From: Squalus acanthias
Lineage: Eukaryota
Assembly (NCBI GenBank): GCA_030390025.1
Contig: CM059428.1
Location: forward strand, 148,986,001-149,050,000
DNA length: 64,000 nucleotides
Reading direction: 5' to 3'
Below the pieces are notes generated by a model that saw nothing but the letters and a program-made list of their open reading frames with translations, did not search any database and was not told where the DNA came from. The position numbers and the translations under genes are program-made. Below, in pieces: positions 39,921 through 52,112 of this stretch (the stretch's first letter is position 1; the number at the start of each line of letters is the position of its first letter).

Positions 39921-41268
39921 GAAGATGGTATAAAGTAGAGTGGTTGATAACATAATTCAAGCCTCCATTTCATATATATATTGCTTTAACTATTTTAATT
40001 ATTTCAACTGGCAGTATTTCACGATTGACCAAAAGGCTTGGAAGACAACAGATGATTTAGGCTACAAATCTGACATCCTAACAGGGAGCATTAAAGATAA
40101 ACAGTGAAAACACATTTCTACTCGTTACTTTCACACTTCAAGACTGCCGCGCAATTTTACATCTTGACAAAAATAGACTTCTGAAAAGTGACCGAGTCAC
40201 GAAGCTGCCACAATGGCACTCACTAATCCAAACAATTTGCACCATAATCCAATTATCGAGACAACTTCAAAAAGATGAAAGTCGTTTCTTACTAATTTCT
40301 GTATGATTTATTCAGCTTAATTTTATGAGTCTGTTTAATTTCATAATTGTCTTGAGGTTAGAGTATCAGAGCTAGCCGTGTTTAACTTGAATAACATGCT
40401 CACACACAAAACTAATTCTTTTCAGAGCTGGCCTCGAAAGGGATGTCCCTATGATTATCTTTATGAATAGCCATTTATATTAGTCTGTTCACAGCCTTGG
40501 ATTTTGAGAGTTAATCCCGTCAATCCAATTTTACCTGTTCTTCCAACATCCTCACAACCGTATCCAATTTATTTCACTTCTTTACACTACATCTCTTCTA
40601 ATTTTCTATGATTGCTTTTCTCATTAACATGCTGCTCATAAGGTTACTGCATTTGCCTGACTACATTCTTTTGTCGTTATACACATTAGTATTTCCTAGC
40701 TAGTGGTTGACAGTTCTTACGACTGAACTCACTTGCTCTAATCCATCATTTGGCTCAGTTTTCAAATCCGCATGGCAGGATCGAGCAAAGCCACAACTGC
40801 AGTTTTCCCTTTACTTGCCTTTGCTGTTGTGTCACGATTAAAAGTGAGCCTGATTTTTTTTCTTTTTAAAAAGGACCAGAAAATCATCCAGAGTAAAACA
40901 GAATGAGACCCACTGAACTGACTTCTGAGGCTCCATTAGGTAGAGATTCCTGGTCTAAAGCTGTCTTTCTATTGGGTTTAATCGAGTGCTTGCACTGGCA
41001 GTTCCCAACACATGCGTCTTGTGCAGCTGGTAACAACCCCACAATAAACTTGAGGTCTTGGATTTTCTTTTAAAAAAAAACAATGGTCTTGCCCAGTATC
41101 GGACCTTACTGAAACTGGCAGGTTTATGCCGAGTTTGCCATCAGCTACACAAGAACCATGTATTCAGAACTGACCGCATTAGAATCTCCACTAAGATCAA
41201 TGTAAAAGCATTCAGAGAAAGTTCAAGAAGGAAAGGTTATACTCTCACTGTAATAACTGGTAGACAAT

Positions 41269-42009
41269 GGCCCGGATTTTGCTGTAATAATAATGGTGAG
41301 GCTGCCAACGCTTGCTGTTATTACAGGTTAAATCTGACTGCGTCCACACATGTGCGATTAAATGCGGAAATCCAGAAGCTGCTGTCAGAGATATCTTGTT
41401 CCTCCACAGGGTGCGCTGTTGCAGTCCTCGCCGATAGACTCGGCACTGAAATCACTGTAATGGCAATAACTTGGGGTACTTACCCATTAGTTCTGCACTA
41501 AAGATGGCTGAAAATTTAAGGCTGGTGCATTTAGAAGTGAGTGAGTTTTTAACGGCATAATAAGTGATAATTACTGCTGAACAACCTCTCTGGCCATGAA
41601 AAATTAACTTCACAAGTGTTGAGACTCATTCTCTCAGAAGAAAATTAATATTGCAATTTAAAAAAAAAAAGCTTTTGTTTGTCTCTTTTATCCCTCTCCC
41701 TTAATCCCATCTGTATTTCCCAATCTTTATTTTTCTTCCTGTATATGATTTAAATGTACGTGTTATTTACTTCCTGGTTTGAACTCTGCGGGTCTCAGTG
41801 AGCATACTTCAATCTGATTGGTTGAAGAGCCTTGCTGTTGCTTTCCCTGCTCATAGACGCCGCAGATCCCCTGTTGAGGGCGTCGCACTAAAACATACGG
41901 CGGATTAGTGGAAATCTCCGCTGACAAGCCCGCGAAAAGTCTGTGGGCAGTTGTTGGCGAGGTGAACAGTAAAAACCATTCCTTCACTGCTGTGAGCAAA
42001 ATTTGGGGC
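41269..42009. mobile_element. Harbinger-type MITE with 3-bp TSD (AAT)
   Basis: TIRs ggcccggattttgct / agcaaaatttggggc; aat on both flanks (41266-41268, 42010-42012). Confidence 0.82.
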
Positions 42010-42088
42010 AATATATTTCTTATAGCTGTATTGAAATCTTCTGTCTATTGGCTAGAAGGAGCAAGAAGAAAAAAGGTTTGCATTCACA

Positions 42089-43405
42089 GAGCTATTATAA
42101 AGGATGCAATAACTGGGCACTTAGAAACTAATAGTAAGATTGGGCAGAGTCAACATGGATTTATGAAAGGGACATTGGAGTTCTTTGAGGATGTAACTAG
42201 TGGAGTCGACAAAGGGGAACCGGTAGATGTGGTGTATCTGGATTTTCAGAAGGCCTTTGATAAGGTCCCACACAAGAGGTTGGTGAACAAAATTAGGGCA
42301 CATGGAATTGGGGGTAATATACTAGCATGGATTGAGAATTGGTTAACAGACAGAAAACAAAGAGTAGGGATAAACAGGTCTTTTTCAGGATGGCAGGCTG
42401 TGACTAGTGGGGTACTGTAAGGATCAGTGCTTGGGCCCCAGCTATTCACAATCTATATCAATGATTTGGATGAGGGGACTAAATGTAACATTTCCAAATT
42501 TGCTGATGATACAAAGCTAGGTGGCAGTGTCAGTTGCGAAGAGGATGTGAAGAGACTTCAAGGGGATCTCGGCAGGCTCAGTGAGTGGGCGAGAACATGG
42601 CAGATGGAAGAAATGTGGATAAATGTGAAGTTATCCACTTTGGTAGAAAAAACAGAAAGGCAGAGTATTTCCTAAATGGTGAAAGATTGGGGAATGCAGA
42701 TGCTTAAACGGACCTGGGTATCCTTGTACATGAGTCACTGAAAGTGAATGTGCAGGTGCAGCAAGCCATTAGGAAGGCAAATGGTATGCTGGTCTTCATT
42801 ACAAGAGGATTTGAGTACAGGAGTAAAGAAGTCTTACTCCAATTATATAGGGCCTTGGTGAGACCACACCTGGAGTACTGTGTACAATTTTGGTCTCCTT
42901 ACCTAAGGAAGGGTATACTTGCCATAGAGGGAGTGCAACGAAGGTTCACGAGATTGATTCCTGGGATGGCAGGACTGTCGTATGAGAAGAGATTGAGTAA
43001 ACTAGGCCTGTATTCTCTTGAATTCAGAAGAATGAGAGGGGATCTCATTGAAGCATGCAAAACTATTACAGGGCTTGATAGGGTGGATGCTGGGAGAATG
43101 CTTCCCTTGGCTGGGGAGTCTAGAACCAGGGGCCACAGCCTCAGGATAAAGGGTAAGCCATTCAGGACTGAGATGAGAAGAAATTTCTTCACACAGAGGG
43201 TGGTGAATCTTTGGAATTCTCTACCCCAGAGGGCTGTGGAGGCTCAGTCATTTGGTATATTCAAAGCAGAAGTCGATAGATTTCTGACTAGTAAAGGCAT
43301 CAAGGGATATGGCGTTGAGACAGAAGATCAGCCATGATCTCATTGAATGGCAGAGCAGGCTCGAAGGGCCGAATGGCCTACTCCTGCTTCTAGTTCTTAT
43401 GTTCC
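42089..43405 (+). mobile_element. CR1 LINE, 5'-truncated (RT plus 3' UTR)
   Basis: LDFQKAFDKVPH, KFADDTK and RPHLEYCVQFWSP motifs with stops; ttcttatgttc tail; possible TSD tcaca. Confidence 0.95.
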
Positions 43406-43621
43406 TCACATCTTTGAGATACGTCTGAAAACACTTCCCATACGTAGGTAGTCAATTTGCGCACAGCAAGAGTCCACAAACTGTAATAGGAGGAATGACC
43501 AAATAATTTGCTTTTTCATGGTTGTTGTTAGTTGAGGGGGAATGTTAGGAGAACTTCATGCTCATCTTGAAATAATACCATGAGATCTTTAACGTCCAAC
43601 TAACAGGTAGACTGGGCATCA

Positions 43622-44058
43622 CCACTACAAAAACAAAATACTGCGGATGCTGGAAATCTGAAATAAAAATAGAAAATGCTGGAAATACTCAGCAGGTCAG
43701 GCAGCATCTGTGGAGAGAGAAACAGAGTTAACATTTCAGGTCAATGACCTTTCGTCATAACTGGAAAAAAATAGAGATGTAACAGATTTTAAGCAAGTGC
43801 AGGGGCAGGGAAAGGGGGGAGGGGAGGAAAGAACAAAAGGGAAGGTCTGTGATAGGGTGGAAGGCAGGAGAGATTAAATGACAAAAGCTATGAGTTGTTC
43901 TTTCCTCCCCTCCCCCCGCATTTGCTTAAAATCTGTTATATCTCTAACCTTTTCCAGTTCGGACAAAAAGTCATCGACCTGAAACATTAACTCGGTTTCT
44001 CTCTCCACAGATGCTGCCTAACCTGCTGAGTATTTCCAGCATTCTCTGTTTTTATTTC
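43622..44058. mobile_element. Penelope-like fold-back insertion (two inverted terminal-repeat copies)
   Basis: Arms 43657-43836 and 43895-44061 are reverse complements; direct repeat agactgggcatca at 43609-43621 and 44059-44071; decayed hammerhead cores in both arms. Confidence 0.85.
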
Positions 44059-46279
44059 AGACTGGGCATCAGTTTGACATCTCATCAGAACAGCACCTCT
44101 GACAATGCTGCATTCCCTCAGTACTGCACCTGGAAGTACTGGAATGAGATTTGAACCTACAATCTTCTGTACTGTTAACTAAGCTAAGCTGACACTTTGA
44201 ATAATGAGTTGTGACAAAAATGTACTTTTTGTCTGTATTGAAGTTTAACCTGTATAATTTTAATATGCTGGAATTCCCTCCCTGAACCCCTGTAACTCTC
44301 TGCTCCCTCTCCCCCATTAAGGCTCTCCTTCCAACTCACCTCTTTACCCAAGCTATTGATCCCATACCACTTTGGAACAGATCAAAGAATCAGGCACAGC
44401 CCGAGGTAGTAGGCTTGATTGACTCTGCATTTCAAAGGCGTGGATCTTCCCTTTTCCCTCCAACAGAAACAAATTCAGCTCTGCCAGTCACTCCTCATAC
44501 ATGTTGCACCTCTCTCAACACTAGTCATGCAGGAACTATGGAAGGAGTATACTTGAAAGATCAAGTGTCCTTTTTTCATTTGAAACTTTACATTGCCAGA
44601 TACCAATTCATGTTGATTTAGTGCATGTAATTCAGCAGATATTTTTAATCTCAAAGACAAGCATACTTTAGCCTATTCTAAGTCCAAATCAAAAGCTGTT
44701 GAATGTAAGTGGGATGAAAGCTCACACTTATTTTAAGAGAAAAAGACACAAGTTCAAATCAAAATTGCTTTCTCTGTCGATACATATACAGAACGCACTC
44801 ATGTTGGCAGTTTTGAAGGAAGAAAAGTGTGTCTCCTTTAGCCCTCTTTTACACTTTCAAAAATATCAATTCATGCATATATTACTTTCAAAGTTCTGGC
44901 CATTCTTTCCCGATTCCATTTTTTCAGTGACGTGCCTGCATTTGCCCTTGCCTGGTCACTGGAGAAACACCAGGTATTTTCCACGTTTCATCTTTGAATG
45001 CATTGTGTGTTCATGAGCAGAAACAGCAGTGCGCCCGTGTGACTAAAGCTAAACAGGATGCATCTGTCCACGCTTCATGCATCCTAAAGCTTTCATAGTG
45101 CTAAATAGACAATAGGCTGCAATATTGGACGCCATAAAAGGAAATATTGATTTTTATAAGAAACAAATCAAAGTTACCCAGCAAAATTAATAATGCAAGT
45201 AAAAGGTAAGCACTTCTGGGAAGAATAGGTTTCCTTCTAATTTCCCATTTTCCTTGTGGCCATGAGGACAGATGGGCAAACCTGTTAGGCCTTTGCCAAT
45301 GACATACTTAAGTTGCCTGCAGGAAAGTTAGAGCGAGAGAGAGCGAATCCCAGGACAACTCTGCCTGCTTCCCTGTGGTGAAGCACCTGGTCTTTTCTCA
45401 ACACCTCTCCAAAGCAGCATGCGAGATCAAACCCTGTGCCCCACCATTCAAGAATGAGTCATTTTAAATTACAACAGCATGCTCATCTTCCTGGCAGACT
45501 AAACCCCTTCTCTAAAAAAAAGCCAATGAGAGGTCACTTTACAAACCCGATTATTAGGACCTGTCTGTATTCAAATTTCAGAGATAGTGCAACAAGTAGA
45601 TTTATGTAATAAAACATTAGCAGCCATCAACAAAAGGGCAAAATGAAATGTTATTTTTTTGACAAGTTTTTTTTTAACTCTTTCATCCTTCCATGCTGCC
45701 AAGAAAGCCCAGCTCACCACACTTCAGCCTGGAGAGCTGGATATTCTGTACAGCCGACCTCTGCACAATCACCGCCAATGTTCTGCAAGAACCACTAAAA
45801 AGCAAGCTTAAAAACTCCAGGCTTTACAACCCTTCAACTGGCTTAGGTCTTACTCAAAGTATATGCTGTCGGCATAGGGTTATCGCTGAAACAATGGAAA
45901 CTGTCGTAAGAATGAGCCTTACGCGTGGTGAACTTAAAGTAAGCTTTAATCAACTAAAAAGGTGCTACATACAAAAGAGGTCTTACTCTATGCCTCTCCA
46001 GGATCCAACTGATCAGTCCAGTATTTATCCTGGACTAATCACAGGAAGTGATGCAATAAAGTTCGAGTCACAGGAAGCTGTATTGTGTTACCACATAAAC
46101 ATTAAAGATTTTGCTTGGTAAAATCTAAGGGTGTATTTACTTTGCAGCTACAGGTACAGTTGGGGTTCCAGCCAGACAGTACCATGTGTACATGTCCTAA
46201 CTCTGGCCTGGCAGGAGCTCCAATTGTCCTGGATACACCGACGCACAGAGCTCGCTCCCAACATTTAAATGTTGAGAAC

Positions 46280-46502
46280 AGGGTTAGAATTTAGATGCTG
46301 AACGAGGGAGAAGTAAATAACCGTTTAAGTATTTAAATTAGTGTCTGGTAGATTTAAAAAGTGCCCAGGTGGTCCAACACTTTGTAACGCAAAATGACAC
46401 ATGCGGGGTCAAGCCGAAACAGGGCGAGACTTCATCTCCAGGCAGTTTCATGCTACTTTGGAGTCAGGTTGCGCCCGGACACTGGATTTAAATTTTAAAC
46501 TT
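46280..46502. mobile_element. Possible short degenerate MITE
   Basis: Loose TIRs agggttagaatttaga / tttaaattttaaactt. Confidence 0.35.
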
Positions 46503-46673
46503 AGCAGTGGTGCAAAACAGAAATCACTTACCCCTAATCGCTAAACCTGCAGTATAAACACCTTGCTAGACAACTACTGAAACAAAAACCACCTGCTGTA
46601 ACACATGCTGATAACGTTTGTAAGGATGCCCCTATGTAGCATAAATTGAAAAAGGCAACCGCCAAAAGACACT

Positions 46674-49633
46674 GGCCCGTAATTTCCGATAGGAGGCATC
46701 CTATGAATAGGTGTGGAGGTCACAGAGTACATAGAACATAGAACATAGAACAGTACAGCACAGTACAGGCCCTTCGGCCCTCGATGTTGTGCCGAGCATT
46801 GTCATGGGTGACTTCAACTTTCCAAATATTGATCGGAACCCTTATAGGTCAAACAGTTCGGATGGGATAGTTTTTGCACAGTGTGTGCAGGAGGGTTTCC
46901 TGACACAATATGTGGATAGGCCGACAAGAGCTGGGGCCACGTTGGATTTGGTACTGGGTAATGAACCGGGCCAAGTGTTTGATTTGTATGTGGGAGAGCA
47001 CTTTGGAGATAGTGACCACAATTCGGTGACTTTCACTATTGCAATGGAGAGGGATAGGGCCATACGGCAGGGCACGGTTTATAATTGGGGGAGGGGTAAT
47101 TATGATGCGATTAGGCAAGAATTAGGGAGCATAAGATGGGAACAGAAACTATCAGGGAAAGGCACGAACGAAAAGTGGAGCTTTTTCATGGAGCAATTAC
47201 TGCGTGTCCTTGATAGGTATGTCCCTGTCAGGCAGGGAGGAAATGGCCGAGTGAGAGAACCATGGTTCACAAAAGAGGTTGAATGTCTAGTCAAGAGGAA
47301 AAAGGAAGCGTATGTAAGGATGAGAAAACAAGGTTCAGTTGGGTCGATTGAGGGGTACAAGGTAGCAAGGAATGAGCTAAAAAAAGAGCTTAGGAGAGCT
47401 AGGAGGGGGCATGAGAAGTCCTTGGCGGGTCGGATCAAGAAAAACCCCAAGGCTTTTTACTCTTATGTGAGAAATAAAAGAATGACCAGGGTGAGGGTAG
47501 GGCCGGTCAAGGACAGTAGTGGGAACTTGTGCATGGAGTCAGAAGAGATAGGAGAGGTGATGAATGAATACTTTTCGTCAGTGTTCACAGAGGAGAGGGG
47601 CCATGTTCTTGAGGATGAGAGTGTGATAAAGGTGGATAGGCTGGAGGTGGTAGATGTTCTGAGGGAAGATGTTTTAGCAATTTTGAAGAACCTGAGGGTC
47701 GATAAGTCCCCTGGGCCAGATGGGATATATCCTAGGATTCTTTGGGAGGCAAGGGAGGAGATTGCAGAGCCTCTGGCTTTGATCTTTGGGTCCTCACTGT
47801 CCACGGGAATGGTGCCAGAGGACTGGAGAGTGGCGAATGTTGTTCCTCTCTTCAAGAAAGGAAATAGGAATGACCCTGGTAATTATAGGCCGGTTAGTCT
47901 TACTTCGGTGGTTGGTAAGATAATGGAAAAGGTCCTGAGGGATAGGATTTATGACCATTTGGAAAGGGGCAACTTAATCAGGGAAACTCAACACGGATTC
48001 GTGAAGGGTAAGTCTTGCCTAACAAATTTGATTGAATTCTTTGAGGAGGTAACTAAGTGTGTAGATGAAGGTAGAGCAGTTGATGTCGTATACATGGAAT
48101 TTAGTAAGGCGTTTGATAAGGTTCCCCATGGTCGGCTCATGAAGAAAGTAAGGAGTTGTGGGATAGAGGGAAATTTGGCCGATTGGATAAGTAACTGGCT
48201 ATCTCATAGAAGGCAGAGGGTGGTGGTGGATGGAACATTTTCGGACTGGAGACCAGTTACCAGCGGTGTGCCACAGGGGTCGGTGCTGGGTCCTCTGCTG
48301 TTTGTGATTTTTATCAATGACTTGGAGGAGGGGACTGAAGGGTGGATCAGTAAATTTGCTGATGACACCAAGATTGGTGGAGCAGTGGATGAGGTGGAGG
48401 GCTGTTCTAGGCTGCAAAGAGACATTGATAGGATGCAGAGCTGGGCCGAAAAATGGCAGATGGAATTTAACCCTGATAAGTGCGAGGTGATTCATTTTGG
48501 TAGGGCAAATTTGAATAAGGATTACAGGGTCAACGGCAGGGTTCTGAGGAACGTGGAGGAGCAGAGGGATCTGGGGGTTCATATCCACAGATCTCTGAAG
48601 GTTGCCACTCAAGTGGATAGAGCAGTAAAGAAGGCCTATGGTGTGTTGGCGTTTATTAACAGAGGGTTTGAGTTTAAGAACCGTGAGGTTATGCTGCAAC
48701 TGTACAGGACCTTGGTGAGACCACATTTGGAATATTGTGTGCAGTTCTGGTCACCTCACTATAGGAAGGACGTGGAAGCATTGGAAAGAGTGCAAAGGAG
48801 ATTTACCAGGATGCTGCCTGGTTTGGGGGGGGAGGTCTTATGAGGAAAGATTGAGGGAGTTGGGGCTTTTCTCTTTAGAGAGGAGGAGGATGAGAGGCGA
48901 CTTAATAGAGGTTTATAAGATGATGAGGGGGATAGATAGAGTGGATGTTCAGAGACTATTTCCTCGGGTAGAGGCAGCTGTTACAAGGGGGCATAACTAT
49001 AAGGTGCATGGGGGGAGATATAGAAGGGATGTCCGAGGTAGATTCTTTACTCAGAGAGTGGTTGGGGTGTGGAATGGACTGCCTGCTGTGATAGTGGAGT
49101 CGGACACTTTAGGAACTTTCAAGCGGTTATTGGATAAGCACATGGAGCACACCAGAGTGATAGGGAGTGTGATAGCTTGATCTTGGTCTCGGACAATGCT
49201 CGGCACAACATCGAGGGCCGAAGGGCCTGTACTGTGCTGTACTGTTCTATGTTTCTATGTTTCTATCCTGCGTGCGGCTGCCTCCTATCGGGAAAAAATC
49301 TACGCCCTTACCTGAGGGCTCCCGAGGTCCGGACTCTTCCGCTCCTGGGCATCTCCTGGTGCGCGCGTGCAAAGGCCCAGGTATCCCAGGGGCGCAGGCG
49401 GTTTGCAAGCGTCCCCGGGATCACGTGGGCGGAGGTTCTGCAGAACGCAGAACACTCCACCCGCAGAGGCCCTTCTCCAGGGCAGGCGTGCGATCTGTCA
49501 AGAGGATTCTTGACAGATCGGAAGTGCCAGTTTTCAGCGCATGCGCTTCGCATGCCTAAAAACGGCACTTGCGAGGTCCCTACGGGTGTGTACACAGCTT
49601 GTACACACCCGCAGGGATTGGAAATTACGGGTC
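46674..49633. mobile_element. Harbinger-type MITE (about 0.4 kb) hosting a CR1 insertion
   Basis: TIRs ggcccgtaatttccgat / attggaaattacgggtc; flanks act/att; 49270-49633 aligns with 4860-5577 apart from an internal deletion. Confidence 0.85.
46798..49266 (+). mobile_element. Young CR1 LINE, 5'-truncated in the APE endonuclease; ORF2 remnant (684-aa ORF 46789-48843, C-terminus to 49180 after a +1 frameshift)
   Basis: EN motifs IVMGDFN, LDLVL and SDHN; RT motifs [14 protein letters not shown] and KFADD; frameshift in the G8 run at 48825-48832; (TTTCTATG)n tail. Confidence 0.96.
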
Positions 49634-49914
49634 ATTAAGGGACACTGGAGTTTCAGCGCAGACACCAATGAACTATCAGCCCTGACATGCAAAGTGCATG
49701 ACAATGCTTGCACTGGACATGAAGTCTACAGAAGACCTTCAAATCTATCTAAACAATCTTCAATAACCGGAAGAGTTTTGTTTAAAAAGTTTAAAATACT
49801 AGATGGAAAAACCTGGAGAAATAAAAACTCTCGCATGAGTCATGGCTACAATCCTCAGAAGCATGGATCTCCTTACCTCCATTAGTCCCTCCTCCCTCCT
49901 ATATTCTTCAAAGT

Positions 49915-50362
49915 GTCAGCCATGGCTCCGTGGTAGCATTCCTGCCTCTGAGCAAGAGACGTGAGCACATAATCTAGGCTGATACTTACAGTGCAGTTCT
50001 GAGAGAGCTCTGCACTGTCAGAGCTGCTGTTTTTCAGATCAGGCATTACACCATTAATTTAGACGAGGGTCTTGTCTGTCCTCTCAGGTGGACATGAAAG
50101 ATACCATGGCACTATTCCAAGAAATGCAGGCGAGTTTTCCTGGTGTCCTGGCCAACATCTATCCCTCATCCAACATCACTAAAACAGATTACTTGGTCAT
50201 TGAACGTATTGCTGTTTGTCAGACCATGTGCACAAATTGGCTGCAACATTTTCCTACATTACAGCAATGACTATACTTTAAATGTACTTAACTGGCTGTG
50301 AAACGCTTTTGGTTGGACTGAGGTTGTGAAAGGCGCTATATAAATGCAAGTTCTTTCTTTCG
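49915..50362 (+). mobile_element. tRNA-derived SINE
   Basis: tggctccgtggtagc head, conserved core and gcgctatataaatgcaagttctttcttt tail. Confidence 0.85.
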
Positions 50363-50856
50363 TCTACAAACTTTTAAAATGCAAGCCTGTCATCACCGAA
50401 CCACTACTTGCTGATTTTTGTTGTCTGTCTTTCTTTCCAGCTTTGTGGCACCAAATTAAAGGGTTTGTCTTCCACCTAAGTTTCTCAATTAAAAAAAAAA
50501 TTAACAAGACAAAAGCATACATAATCGAACTATAGCATTATAGTACAGGAAACTAATTCCCATTCCCTTCCCTTGCACAAAAATTACTGATCCAAGCAAA
50601 AAATGTTCATCAGTTTTCAAGATGGTCAGTCCATTGCCAAATTGTATCAGGAGACAACAGCACATTTTGGAAATCTCAATCACTTTTCTTCCAAAAAGTT
50701 GAACTGAATTTTAAAAAAATGGCATTTTTTCTCCAGTTGATTGAAATCCTGGCCCACATGTTAAACAGCTCATCAAAACAGTTGCAAGTTTTATTGTAAT
50801 TCAACTGTATAAACATCATCCCACCCTGCGCTGCTGTTGTCTTTCCAGACACGTTC

Positions 50857-52112
50857 TTTTTTATTCGTTCATGGGATCTGGGCGTCGCTGGCAAGGCCAG
50901 CATTTATTACCCATCCCTAATTGCCCTCAAGAAGGTGGTGGTGAGCCACCTTCTTGAACCACTGCAGTCCGTGTGGTGAAGGTTCTCCCACAGTGCTGGT
51001 AGGGAGGGTGTTCCAGGATTTTGAGCCAGTGACGATGAAGGATTGGCGATAAACTTCTAAGTCAGGATGGTGTGTGACATGGAGGGGAATTTGGAGATGG
51101 TGGTGTTCCCATGCGCCTGCTGCCCTTGTCCTTCTAGGTGGAAGAGGTCGCGGGTTTGGGAGGTGCTGCGGAAGAAGCCTTGGCAAGTTGCTGCAGTGCA
51201 TCTTGTAGATGGTACACACTGCAGTCACAGTGGTGGAGGGAGTGAATGTTTAAAGTGGTGGATGGGGTGCCAATCAAGCAGGCTGCTTTGTCCTGGATGT
51301 TTCTTGAGTGTTGTTGGAGCTGCACCCATCCAGGCAAGTGTACAGTGTTCCATCACACTCCTTACTTGTGCCTTGCAGATGGTGGAAAGGCTTTGGGGAG
51401 TCAGGAGGTGAGACACTCGCCGCAGAATACCTAGCCTCTGACCTGCCCTTGTTGCCACAGTATTTATGTGGCTGGTCCAGTTAAGTTTCTGGTCAATGGT
51501 GACCCCCAGGATGTTGATGGTGGGGGATTTGGCGATGGTAATGCCGTTGAATGTCAAGGGGAGGTGGTTAGACTCTCGCTTGTTGGAGATAGTCATTGCC
51601 TGGCACATCTGTGGCGCGAATGTCACTTGCCACTCATCAGCCCAAGCCTGAATGTCGTCCAGGTCTTGTTGCATGTGGGCATGGACTGCTTCATTATCTG
51701 AGGAGTTGTGAATGGCGCTGAACACTGCAGACATCAGCGAACATCCCCATTTCTGATCTTATGTTGGAGGGAAGGTCATTGATGAAGCAGCTGAAGATGG
51801 TTGGGCCTAGGACACTGCCCTGAGGAACTCCTGCAGCGATGTCCTGGGGCTGTGATGATTGACCTTCAACCACCACAACCATCTTCCTTTGTGCACGGTA
51901 TGACTCCAGCCAGCGGAGCATTTTCCCCCCCGATTCCCATTGACTTCAGTTTTACTCGGGCTCCTTGATGCCACACTCGGTCAAATGCTGCCTTGATGTC
52001 AAGGGCAGTCACTCTCCCCTCACCTCTGGAATTCAGCTCTTCTGTCCATGTTTGGACCAAGGCTGTAATGAGGTCGGGAGCTAAGTGGTCTTGGCGGAAC
52101 CCAAACTGGTTT
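50857..52112 (-). mobile_element. Non-LTR retrotransposon, same lineage as 18520-19905, 5'-truncated
   Basis: [31 protein letters not shown] and QQDLDDIQAWADEWQVTFAP; 3' end gacgcccagatcccatgaacgaataaaaaag. Confidence 0.92.

Larger units (their letters stand above)
42063..44195 (-). mobile_element. tRNA-derived SINE split into three pieces by a CR1 and a Penelope-like insertion
   Basis: Tail at 42063-42088, body at 43406-43621 and head at 44059-44195 (gatttgaacc B box). Confidence 0.7.

Noticed and set aside
46729-46752. Short tandem repeats as CRISPR-like or satellite array
   Set aside because: (CATAGAA)n is the inverted CR1 tail. The sequence is eukaryotic and has no repeat-spacer structure.
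46789-48843. 684-aa ORF as a host gene or active retrotransposon
   Set aside because: It is a 5'-truncated CR1 ORF2. Its listed start lies in the inverted UTR piece, RT motif A reads MEFSKAFD instead of D, and the C-terminus is frameshifted.
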